From Acidimicrobiaceae bacterium (GTDB lineage Bacteria; Actinomycetota; Acidimicrobiia; Acidimicrobiales; Salinilacustritrichaceae), in contig JAKFET010000049.1 in the NCBI GenBank assembly GCA_036675575.1, positions 619 through 64,618 on the forward strand: a stretch of DNA of 64,000 bases, read 5' to 3'. Numbering within the stretch: the stretch's first letter is position 1; each line of letters begins with the position of its first letter. Made by a program: the position numbers and the translations under genes. The notes under the pieces are model-generated. The model saw only the letters and a program-made list of their open reading frames with translations. It did not search any database and was not told the DNA's origin. Of the stretch, positions 28,815 through 36,455 are shown piece after piece.

Positions 28815-28863
28815 GAATTTCGTTCGTTCGTCAGGATCCTCCTGACGAGGACACGAAATTCTC
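28813..28863 (+). repeat. 51-nt composite inverted repeat (11-bp outer + 9-bp inner stems), AT-rich for this genome
   Basis: GAGAATTTCGT-tcgt-TCGTCAGGA-tcc-TCCTGACGA-ggac-ACGAAATTCTC. It starts inside the TGA of the acyl-CoA synthetase gene and lies 33 nt upstream of the next ATG. Confidence 0.85.
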
Positions 28864-28895
28864 CGCTGAGCGGGGGTGGACGTAGCCTCGCCGCC

Positions 28896-29786
28896 ATGAC
28901 TCTCTCCTTCGACGGCAAGGTCGCGATCATCACCGGCGCCGGCGGTGGCCTCGGCCGCTCGCACGCACTCGAGCTCGCCCGCCGCGGCGCCCACGTCGTG
29001 GTGAACGACCTCGGCGGATCCGTCGACGGCGTGGGCGGGGATGACTCCGCTGCCCAGAAGGTGGTCGACGAGATCAAGGCCGCCGGCGGCGAGGCCGTCG
29101 CCAACCACGACTCGGTCGCCACCCCGGAGGGCGGCAAGGCCATCGTCCAGGCCGCACTCGACGCCTGGGGCACGGTCGACATCGTCATCAACAACGCCGG
29201 CATCCTGCGCGACACCAGCTTCGCCAAGATGACGCCCGAGCAGCTGAACCCGGTGCTCGACGTGCACCTCAAGGGCGCCTTCTACGTGACCCAGCCCGCC
29301 TTCGTGCAGATGAAGGAGCAGGGGTACGGCCGCATCGTCAACACCGCCTCCGGCGCCGGCATCTTCGGCAACTTCGGCCAGACCAACTACGGCTCGGCGA
29401 AGATGGGCCTGGTCGGCTTCACCAACGTGCTCGCCCAGGAAGGCGCGAAGTACAACATCAAGGCCAACGCCATCGCCCCCGTCGCGGCGACCCGCATGAC
29501 CGAGGGCCTGCTCGGCCCGCTGGCCGACAAGCTCGGCCCGGAGTACATCACGCCCGTGGCCGTGTACCTGGCGCACGAGTCCTGCGAGGTCACCGGCGAG
29601 ATCTACAGCTGCGGCGGCGGTCGCGTCGCCCGCATCTTCGTCGGGGTCACCCCCGGCATCGTCGACGACGAGCTGTCGGTCGAGACCATGGGCGAGCGCC
29701 TCGCCGAGATCCGGGCCGAGGACGGCTACCAGGTCCCCACGTCGATGAACGAGGAGATGGGCATCGCCATCAAGGCGATGAGCTGA
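28896..29786 (+). CDS. SDR-family oxidoreductase (MFE-2/Hsd4A-like 3-hydroxyacyl-CoA dehydrogenase), paralog of 12330-13235
   Basis: 296-aa ORF with TGAGGGLG, NNAG and YGSAK motifs. Confidence 0.85.
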   Translation: MTLSFDGKVAIITGAGGGLGRSHALELARRGAHVVVNDLGGSVDGVGGDDSAAQKVVDEIKAAGGEAVANHDSVATPEGGKAIVQAALDAWGTVDIVINNAGILRDTSFAKMTPEQLNPVLDVHLKGAFYVTQPAFVQMKEQGYGRIVNTASGAGIFGNFGQTNYGSAKMGLVGFTNVLAQEGAKYNIKANAIAPVAATRMTEGLLGPLADKLGPEYITPVAVYLAHESCEVTGEIYSCGGGRVARIFVGVTPGIVDDELSVETMGERLAEIRAEDGYQVPTSMNEEMGIAIKAMS

Positions 29787-29807
29787 CCCCGGACCGGCCA
29801 GCAGAGA

Positions 29808-29892
29808 TCACGTCCTCGCGCGACTCCGTCTGGCGGCTCCGCCGCCGTGGAGCACCGTGCCCATTGGTCGCCTCGCCTGTCGGCTCGGCTCC
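29808..29892 (-). repeat. interspersed junction repeat, copy B (18-codon sORF 29864-29808; hairpin 29832-29846)
   Basis: The reverse complement reads GGAGCCGAGCCGACAGGCGAGGCGACCAATGGGCACGGTGCTCCACGGCGGCGGAGCCGCCAGACGGAGTCGCGCGAGGACGTGA. It begins immediately after the methyltransferase TGA (29895-29893). Confidence 0.85.
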
Positions 29893-30663
29893 TCAGGCCC
29901 GTCGGGCCGTCCACACGTCGCAGCGGTAGACGAGGTCGAACGCGCCACCGTGCGCGTCGATCGCGCCTGCCACCGCGCCGTGCAGCTCGGCACGGTGCGC
30001 AGGTGAGAGCATCACGTGGTCGGAGTGCGTGCCGAGCAGGCGGATCCAGGTGTCGGACGTGTACCGGACGACCTGGCGGTGGGTCCGCACCTCCGCCCCG
30101 GCGAACCCGTCCGGCGGCGGGTCGACCGGCGGCGCCTCGCCCTTCGAGCCGGTCGCGCTCGACGCCAGAGAGGACACCATGTCGGGCGCGATGCGCTCGT
30201 ACACCCCGTCCATGTCGGCCCGGAGCTCGGGCACCTCGCTGAAGTCGGGGCGGTTCCAGAAGATGGCGGCGACCCCGTCGGGCCGGAGCAGACGCCGGAT
30301 CCGGTCCAGGCCCCGCTCGGTGTCGATCCAGTGCCAGGCCTGCCCGCACGTGAACAGGTCGAAGGCGCCGTCGGGGACGTCGCACGTCTCGAGCTCGCCG
30401 ACCACGACCTCCCACCGGACGCCCTCGAGACGGCGCCGAGCGACCGCGGCCATGTCGGGATCGGGCTCCACCGCAGTGCCGGTGAGCCCCCGGTCGGCCA
30501 GCGCCCCGGCCACCTTCCCGGTGCCCGCGCCGGCGTCGAGGACGTGCGCCTGTTCGCCGACCAGCCCGAGCAGGCTGTCGAACAGCTCGTCGGGGTAGCC
30601 GGGCCGGTGGGCGTCGTAGGCCTCGGCGACGGAGCCGAACACGAGGCGCTGCGGGCGGTCCAC
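29893..30663 (-). CDS. class I SAM-dependent methyltransferase
   Basis: ORF 29893-32055 trimmed to GTG 30663 (VAVDRPQRLVFGSVAEAYD...). SAM motif I is VLDAGAGTG. The start is moderately uncertain. Confidence 0.75.
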   Translation of the reverse strand: MDRPQRLVFGSVAEAYDAHRPGYPDELFDSLLGLVGEQAHVLDAGAGTGKVAGALADRGLTGTAVEPDPDMAAVARRRLEGVRWEVVVGELETCDVPDGAFDLFTCGQAWHWIDTERGLDRIRRLLRPDGVAAIFWNRPDFSEVPELRADMDGVYERIAPDMVSSLASSATGSKGEAPPVDPPPDGFAGAEVRTHRQVVRYTSDTWIRLLGTHSDHVMLSPAHRAELHGAVAGAIDAHGGAFDLVYRCDVWTARRA

Positions 30664-30704
30664 GGCGACATGGTCGCATGCTGCGGCGACGGCGCGGGCC
30701 GGGT

Positions 30705-31286
30705 TCAGCGCACGACGTCGTAGGTGCGCTGGACCATGCCTCCGTCGAAGGTCTCGCACGACACCAGCTCCAGGCGGACGTCGTCCATCGGCTGGCCGAA
30801 CAGGGGGATGCCCTCGCCGATGAGGACCGGCGGGGTGGAGATGGTCATGCGGTCGATGAGCCCGGCGGCCAGGAACTGGCGGATCACCGTGCCGCCGTCG
30901 ACGTAGACGTGCGCGATGCCGTCGGCGACCAGCCGCGCGACGACCTGGTCGAGGGTCCCGCTGACCGGTCGGAGCACGGCGCCAGCCGGTGCCACGACGT
31001 CGTCGGGGTGGCTGGTCCAGACGTAGACGGGCTTGTCCCCGTAGAACCACTCGCCGCCGAAGCCGGAGACCACGTCGAACGTGCCCCGGCCCATCACGAG
31101 GGCGTCGACCCCGGCGAAGAACTCGGCGTAGCCGTAGTCCTGGTCCGGGTCGTGCTCGCCGGTGAGCTCGTCGTCCGGCTTGCCCGTCAGCCAGTCGAGG
31201 CCGTCGTCGGGCCGGGCGATGAAGCCGTCGACGCTGGTGGCGATGAAGACCGAGGCGCGCGGCCGCTCGGATGGGTTGGTGGTCAC
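30705..31286 (-). CDS. dihydrofolate reductase-family protein (RibD C-terminal domain-like)
   Basis: ORF trimmed to GTG 31286 (VTTNPSERPRASVFIATSVDGFIA...). Pattern ...VMGRGTF...DGGTVIRQFL is typical of the RibD_C/DHFR-like family. Confidence 0.75.
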   Translation of the reverse strand: MTTNPSERPRASVFIATSVDGFIARPDDGLDWLTGKPDDELTGEHDPDQDYGYAEFFAGVDALVMGRGTFDVVSGFGGEWFYGDKPVYVWTSHPDDVVAPAGAVLRPVSGTLDQVVARLVADGIAHVYVDGGTVIRQFLAAGLIDRMTISTPPVLIGEGIPLFGQPMDDVRLELVSCETFDGGMVQRTYDVVR

Positions 31287-31308
31287 GTCCGGACGGTACG
31301 CCGACGCC

Positions 31309-31998
31309 GTGACGCGCCCGGCGCCGACACGAGCGCCGGCAGGCGACGGGTACCGTCTGGCTGTGGCCGACGCACAGCGCGACGAGCTCGACGCCGGCGC
31401 CTTCGGACCCTGGCTGCGGGCGACGGCCGCCGTCGCCGCCGGTGAGGGCGACGCCGACGTCCCGTGCGGCACCTGCACGGCGTGCTGCCGCGCGTCGTAC
31501 TTCGTCCACGTCGGTCCTGAGGACGTGGCCGCCCGGCACCGCATCCCCGCCGAGCTGCTCTTCCCGGCCCCGGGCCGGCCGCCGGGCCACCACCTGATGG
31601 GCTACGACGAGCAGGGCCGGTGCCCGATGCTCACCGACGACGGGTGCTCCATCTACGAGGACCGGCCCCGCACCTGCCGGGCGTTCGACTGCCGGGTCCA
31701 CGCCGCAGCGGGCACCGAGCCCGACGGCGACCACGACGGCGACATCACGGCGCGGGTGCGGCGGTGGCGGTTCCGACTCGAGGGGCCCGACGACGAGGCC
31801 CGCTGGACCGCCGTGCACATCGCGACCCGGCACCTCGCCACGGCCGACCTCCCCGCCGGCACGGCGCCCCAGCGACCGGCGGACCTTGCGGCTGCAGCCC
31901 TGCGCAGCCACGAGCTGTTCCTCGACGGGTCCGTGCCCGATCCCGTCCGGCTCGCTGGCGCCCTCCTCCCCGATCGACGGGACCCGGCCGTCGGGTGA
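31309..31998 (+). CDS. YkgJ-family cysteine-cluster protein (UPF0153)
   Basis: Contains CGTCTACC (CxxCxxCC) plus later ...GRCPML..DGCSIYEDRPRTCRAFDC. The start is uncertain (GTG 31309 chosen; later GTGs possible). Confidence 0.6.
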   Translation: MTRPAPTRAPAGDGYRLAVADAQRDELDAGAFGPWLRATAAVAAGEGDADVPCGTCTACCRASYFVHVGPEDVAARHRIPAELLFPAPGRPPGHHLMGYDEQGRCPMLTDDGCSIYEDRPRTCRAFDCRVHAAAGTEPDGDHDGDITARVRRWRFRLEGPDDEARWTAVHIATRHLATADLPAGTAPQRPADLAAAALRSHELFLDGSVPDPVRLAGALLPDRRDPAVG

Positions 31999-32143
31999 AC
32001 ACGATGTTCTGCGCATCGCGTGCCAGGGAACGTGGCGTCGGTGGAGATGCTCCACGGACAGCTCGAGTGGCAGGGCGAGGAGGGCAGCGCCGAGTCCGCG
32101 AAGGACCAGGGATCGCAGGCCCAGCCGGCGGCGTGAACCCCGG

Positions 32144-33802
32144 CTAGAGGGTCCGCACCCAGCGCTCGCCGGCGACGAGCCGGCGCTGGAGCTGGTCGGC
32201 GGTGGCCTCCGTGACCTTGCTGACGCCGGCCAGGCGGTTGAGCTCGCCGTTGACCTCGCGGTGGCTGCGCCCGGTCACGGCCACCAGGTGGGCCACCAGC
32301 GCGGCGTTGTCCTTGCGGAGCTTCGACTTCGCCTCCGCCAGGGAGGAGTCCCGACCGACGACGATGCCGGTGGCGCGGCGGGGTCGGGGCGGCAGGGCGA
32401 TCTCGAGGGATTCGTCGCCGTCGTCGTCGTCCCAGACCAGCTCCTCGGGCGAGTCGGCATCGTCGCCATCGGGGTCCTCGCCGCCCTCCATGCCGAGCGC
32501 CACGGCCGACATCGCCTGGAACAGCGACAGCTGCTCGTCGTCGTCGACCTCGTCGAGGGCCGCCCCGTCGATCTGGTCCAGGGAGTCCTCGTCGTCCTCG
32601 CGGCGTCGCTTGAACAGGGAGTGCCGGCGCTGCTCGGCGATGCCCTCGGCGAGGCGGCGCAGGCGCGGGTCGTCGGGGATGTAGAGCCACGCCCGCTGCG
32701 TGCGCAGACCGCGGGTCCAGCGCACGAGGCGCCCGAGCGCCTGGCGGAAGAACAGCTCGGTGGTGGTGTTGGTGGCGAACACCCCGACCCGCAGGCGGGG
32801 GATGTCGACGCCTTCGGACACCATGCGCACCGCCACGATCCACGGGTCGCTCGACCTGGCGTAGCGGGCGATGCGAGCCGAGGCCATCGGGTCGTCGGAG
32901 GTGGCCACGGTGGGACGGATCCGCCAGCGCCGCTCGATCAGCTCGGCGATGGCCCGGGCGTGCTCCACGTCCATGCAGATCACGAGGCCGCCGGCGTCGG
33001 GCTGGGTCCGGCGCACCTCGAGCAGCCGGCGGTGCGCGTCCTCGAGCACCGACCCCATCCACTGGCCCTCGGCCGAGAGCGCGGTGCGGAGGCGCTGGTT
33101 GGCCCGGGCCCGGTCGAGGTCGTCGTCGAAGTCGTGGGAGTGGAACTGGCCGTCGGCGCCGACCCACTCCATGTGCCCCTTGATGCGGGGGAAGTGTACG
33201 GGCCGGACGACGCCGCCGTCGCCGAGGGCGTCGCCGTAGCCGTACTCGAAGTCCGGCACCGCCTCCTCCCACTGGTACGTGACGAAGGGGATCGGGTTCG
33301 TGTCGGAGCGGAACGGCGTGCCGGAGAGGCACAGCCGTCCCCGGGCGCCGGAGAACGCGATGCGCAGGGCGTCGCCCCAGGCGCGGTCGTCGCCGGCGTG
33401 GTGGACCTCGTCGAGGACGGCGAAGCCGCCGTGGGCCACCTGGGCCAGGGCCATCGGGTTCGACGCCACCTGCTGGTAGGTGGTGACGATGCCGTCCATG
33501 TCGGCGGGGATCGGGTCGCCGGCCCGCCACGAGGGCTCGAGGGCGAGGTCGAAGCCGGCCGCCGCGCTGGCCCACTGGCCCTTCAGGTGCTGGGTGGGGG
33601 CGACCACGACGAGGCGGGCGTCGGGGTGGTCGTGCAGCCAGTGGAGGGCGGCCGTGAGGGCGAAGGTCGTCTTTCCGGCGCCCGGCGTGGCCACGGCCAG
33701 GAAGTCCACGCCACCCTCTGCGGCGAACCCCTCCGCCGCCTTGGTCCGGAACCGCTCGAGGGCCTCCTTCTGCCAGGGGCGGAGTCGGATCGTGCGGGCC
33801 AT
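32144..33802 (-). CDS. SF2 DEAD/DEAH-box (ResIII-type) helicase
   Basis: 552-aa ORF with Walker A ATPGAGKT, a DEVH box (LDEVHH), and the SGTPFR motif. The helicase C domain contains VSEGVDIP. An acidic linker contains QLSLF. Confidence 0.85.
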   Translation of the reverse strand: MARTIRLRPWQKEALERFRTKAAEGFAAEGGVDFLAVATPGAGKTTFALTAALHWLHDHPDARLVVVAPTQHLKGQWASAAAGFDLALEPSWRAGDPIPADMDGIVTTYQQVASNPMALAQVAHGGFAVLDEVHHAGDDRAWGDALRIAFSGARGRLCLSGTPFRSDTNPIPFVTYQWEEAVPDFEYGYGDALGDGGVVRPVHFPRIKGHMEWVGADGQFHSHDFDDDLDRARANQRLRTALSAEGQWMGSVLEDAHRRLLEVRRTQPDAGGLVICMDVEHARAIAELIERRWRIRPTVATSDDPMASARIARYARSSDPWIVAVRMVSEGVDIPRLRVGVFATNTTTELFFRQALGRLVRWTRGLRTQRAWLYIPDDPRLRRLAEGIAEQRRHSLFKRRREDDEDSLDQIDGAALDEVDDDEQLSLFQAMSAVALGMEGGEDPDGDDADSPEELVWDDDDGDESLEIALPPRPRRATGIVVGRDSSLAEAKSKLRKDNAALVAHLVAVTGRSHREVNGELNRLAGVSKVTEATADQLQRRLVAGERWVRTL

Positions 33803-33853
33803 GGGGCGTCCGATCCTAGGAGCGCCCTCACGGCGCCCGGCGCATCACCGACC

Positions 33854-33908
33854 GAACTGGCAGTGGTTTCGTCGCAACGGGCTTCTGCGACGAAACCACT
33901 GCCAGTTC
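33854..33908. repeat. perfect 23-bp-arm inverted repeat with 9-nt spacer in a divergent promoter region
   Basis: GAACTGGCAGTGGTTTCGTCGCA-acgggcttc-TGCGACGAAACCACTGCCAGTTC. The outer 8-mer CGAACTGG recurs directly at 33933-33940. Confidence 0.9.
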
Positions 33909-33989
33909 ACAGAGTCGCGACACAGGGTGACTCGAACTGGTCGCCGCCAGGTGCAAGTGGGAACAGCCGTTGCCACTATCGTCGGGCCC

Positions 33990-35105
33990 GTGATCGAGGT
34001 CGAGGAGTTCCGCACCCGGGCGACCGCCTGGTTGGCCGACCAGAAGCCCACCGCCCCGCCGGACTGGGGGGCGATCATGCCGCCCGAGCGGCGGGACCAG
34101 GGCCTCGAGTGGCAGCAGCGGCTGCACGCCGCCGGCTACGCCGCCATCCACTGGCCGGTCGAGTACGGCGGGCAGGGTCTGACCGTCGCCCACAACCAGG
34201 CGTGGATGGAGTGCTGCGCCGACGCCGGCGTCCCCCCGTTCCTGAACATGGTCGGCCTGGTGCTGGCCGGCGGGTCGCTGCAGCTGTTCGGCACCGAGGA
34301 GCAGAAGCGGGCCCACCTGCCCGACACCGCCTCGGGCCAGCGGGTCTGGTGCCAGCTGTTCTCCGAACCGGGCGCCGGGTCCGACCTGGCGTCGCTCCAG
34401 ACGCGGGCCGAGCTCGACGGCGACGAGTGGGTCGTCAACGGCCAGAAGGTGTGGTGCTCGGGCGGCCGGGCGTCGGACTGGGGGATCCTCCTCGCCCGCA
34501 CCGAGCGCGACCTGCCCACCCACCAGGGGATCTCCTTCTTCCTCATCGACATGCGCAGCCCCGGCGTCGAGGCCCGGCCCCTGCGCCAGATGACCGGCGG
34601 CGCCGAGTTCGACGAGGTCTTCCTCACCGACGTCCGCCTCCCGGCCGACGCCCTCATCGGTGATCGGGGCCAGGGCTGGCAGATCGCCATGGCCACCCTC
34701 ACCAACGAGCGCGGCCACATCGGCGGGATGGGTCGGGCCCTGACCAAGCGGCTCGAGGCCATCCAGGCGCTGGCGGCGACCAAGGGCCTCGACGGCCCGG
34801 TGCGCGACCGCCTGATCCGGCTCTACTCGCGGGGGAAGGCCTACCTCTACATGACCCAGCGCCAGGGACCGATGGCCTCCGTCGGCTCCTCGCTCGGCAA
34901 GCTCGGCATGACCGGCTTCATGTTCGACCTGGCCGAGCTGCGGGCCGACCTCGCCGGCCCCGACGCCATGCTCGTCGGTCCGGAGTCCGACGGTCTCCTC
35001 GCCGCCCCGGGCGGCTGGTTCGGCGGCGGCACCAGCCAGGTGCAGCGCAACATCATCGGCGAGCGCATCCTCGGCCTGCCCCGGGAGCCCCGACCCGGCG
35101 CGTAG
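33990..35105 (+). CDS. acyl-CoA dehydrogenase
   Basis: ORF 33480-35105 trimmed to GTG 33990 (VIEVEEFRTRATAWLAD...). CQLFSEPGAGSDLASL...DGDEWVVNGQKVWCSGG. C-terminal GGTSQVQRNIIGERILGLP. Confidence 0.9.
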   Translation: MIEVEEFRTRATAWLADQKPTAPPDWGAIMPPERRDQGLEWQQRLHAAGYAAIHWPVEYGGQGLTVAHNQAWMECCADAGVPPFLNMVGLVLAGGSLQLFGTEEQKRAHLPDTASGQRVWCQLFSEPGAGSDLASLQTRAELDGDEWVVNGQKVWCSGGRASDWGILLARTERDLPTHQGISFFLIDMRSPGVEARPLRQMTGGAEFDEVFLTDVRLPADALIGDRGQGWQIAMATLTNERGHIGGMGRALTKRLEAIQALAATKGLDGPVRDRLIRLYSRGKAYLYMTQRQGPMASVGSSLGKLGMTGFMFDLAELRADLAGPDAMLVGPESDGLLAAPGGWFGGGTSQVQRNIIGERILGLPREPRPGA

Positions 35106-35109
35106 CGGC

Positions 35110-35523
35110 TCAGCTGTTCCGGCCCCGGGCCTGCTGCACGACCGGCGAGCCGTGGTGGTGGACGAGGCGCCAGCCGCCCTCGCCGGAGACGAAGACGTTG
35201 GTGGCGGCCACGGCCTGGGTGCCGGCCGCATCGATCAGGTTCTCGTTGCAGGTCACCCATGCGGTGGGGCCCGCCACGTGGACCTGCTCGTCGGTGACGA
35301 TGAACTGCAGCCGCTGGGGCCCGTCGAAGAGCGCGAACCACGAGGCCGCCACCGACGCCCAGCCACCGAGGATCGGCCAGCCGGGGTGCACGCAGGTGAC
35401 GCGGTCGGTGTGCTCCCACACGTCGGACATGGCATCGAGGTCCCGCGCCTCGAACGCGGCGTAGAAGGCCGCGTTGGCGGCGCGCACGGCAGCGGTCGCA
35501 GCGTCCTCGTCGATCGGATCCAT
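35110..35523 (-). CDS. SnoaL/NTF2-like (DUF4440-type) protein
   Basis: 137 aa from ATG 35523: ...AVRAANAAFYAAFEARDLDAMSDVWEH...VTCVHPGW is a typical NTF2-like fold pattern. Confidence 0.7.
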   Translation of the reverse strand: MDPIDEDAATAAVRAANAAFYAAFEARDLDAMSDVWEHTDRVTCVHPGWPILGGWASVAASWFALFDGPQRLQFIVTDEQVHVAGPTAWVTCNENLIDAAGTQAVAATNVFVSGEGGWRLVHHHGSPVVQQARGRNS

Positions 35524-35593
35524 CCGGGCGCCGACGGTAGCGGGGTCCCGCTCGTGTCCACTCCCGCCGCAGCCGGTGCCAGGATGGCCGACC

Positions 35594-36424
35594 ATGATCA
35601 GCGTCGACTCCACCGACGGGGTGCGCCTCGCCGTCCACGAGCTGGGACCCTCCGACCCCGATGCCCGGCCGCTCCTGCTGTGCCACGCCACCGGCTTCCA
35701 CGGCCGCGTGTGGCGGGCGCTGGCCGAGGAGCTCCCCGAGCGCCGCTGCCTGGCCCTCGACTTCCGCGGCTACGGCGACTCGACCGAGCAGGCGGGCGAG
35801 CTCACGTGGGACGGCTTCGGCGAGGACGTGCTGGCGGTGGTCGATGCGCTCGAGCTCGGCTCCGTGCAGGCCGTCGGGCACTCGAAGGGCGGCGCGGCCA
35901 TCATCCTCGCCGAGCAGGCCCGACCGGGGACGATCGAGGCAGCGGTGTGCTTCGAGCCGATCGTGTTCCCGCCGGTGGAGGGCGAGCGCGGTCCGAACCA
36001 CCTGGCCGAGATCACCAAGAAGCGCCGCGAGGTGTTCGGCTCCTTCGACGAGGCCATCGCCAACTTCTCGGCCAAGCCGCCGCTCGGGTCCCTGCGCCCG
36101 GACGTGCTCGAGGACTACGTCCGCCACGGCTTCGTCCGGCAGGCCGACGGCAGCGTGCGCCTGAAGGCCCGCCGCGAGCACGAGTCGAAGACCTACGAGA
36201 CCGGCGGCGGCCACGACGCCTACGCCCACCTGGGCGAGGTCACCTGCCCGGTGCTCGTCGTCCACGGCGGCGACCCCGAGGGCCCGTCGCAGATGGCACC
36301 GCTGATCGCCGACACCCTCCCCCACGGCGAGCTCCGGGCGTTCCCGCACCTGGGGCACTTCGGGCCGCTCGAGGACCCGGCCTGGTTCGCCGCCCTCGTC
36401 CGGGAGTTCCTCGACGCTCCGTAG
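35594..36424 (+). CDS. alpha/beta hydrolase
   Basis: 276 aa from ATG 35594 with nucleophile elbow GHSKGG, an HG oxyanion region (LLCHATGFHG), and a C-terminal His (HLGHFGP). Confidence 0.8.
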   Translation: MISVDSTDGVRLAVHELGPSDPDARPLLLCHATGFHGRVWRALAEELPERRCLALDFRGYGDSTEQAGELTWDGFGEDVLAVVDALELGSVQAVGHSKGGAAIILAEQARPGTIEAAVCFEPIVFPPVEGERGPNHLAEITKKRREVFGSFDEAIANFSAKPPLGSLRPDVLEDYVRHGFVRQADGSVRLKARREHESKTYETGGGHDAYAHLGEVTCPVLVVHGGDPEGPSQMAPLIADTLPHGELRAFPHLGHFGPLEDPAWFAALVREFLDAP

Positions 36425-36455
36425 GGCTGTCGGACCCCCGGCGTACGCTGCCGCC

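Noticed and set aside
29832-29895. Selenocysteine (SECIS) reading of the methyltransferase TGA followed by the repeat hairpin.
   Set aside because: The GGCGGC/GCCGCC hairpin starts about 47 nt after the TGA, which is too far for a bacterial SECIS. The same hairpin also follows a TAG in copy C, and in copy A it follows a TGA in a different frame.
32032-32136. A 34-codon ORF (VASVEMLHGQLEWQGEEGSAESAKDQGSQAQPAA) with high GC3, in the gap between the YkgJ and helicase genes.
   Set aside because: It has no SD, no motif, and it lies between two convergent gene ends. High GC3 alone is weak evidence in this genome. It is not reported as a gene.
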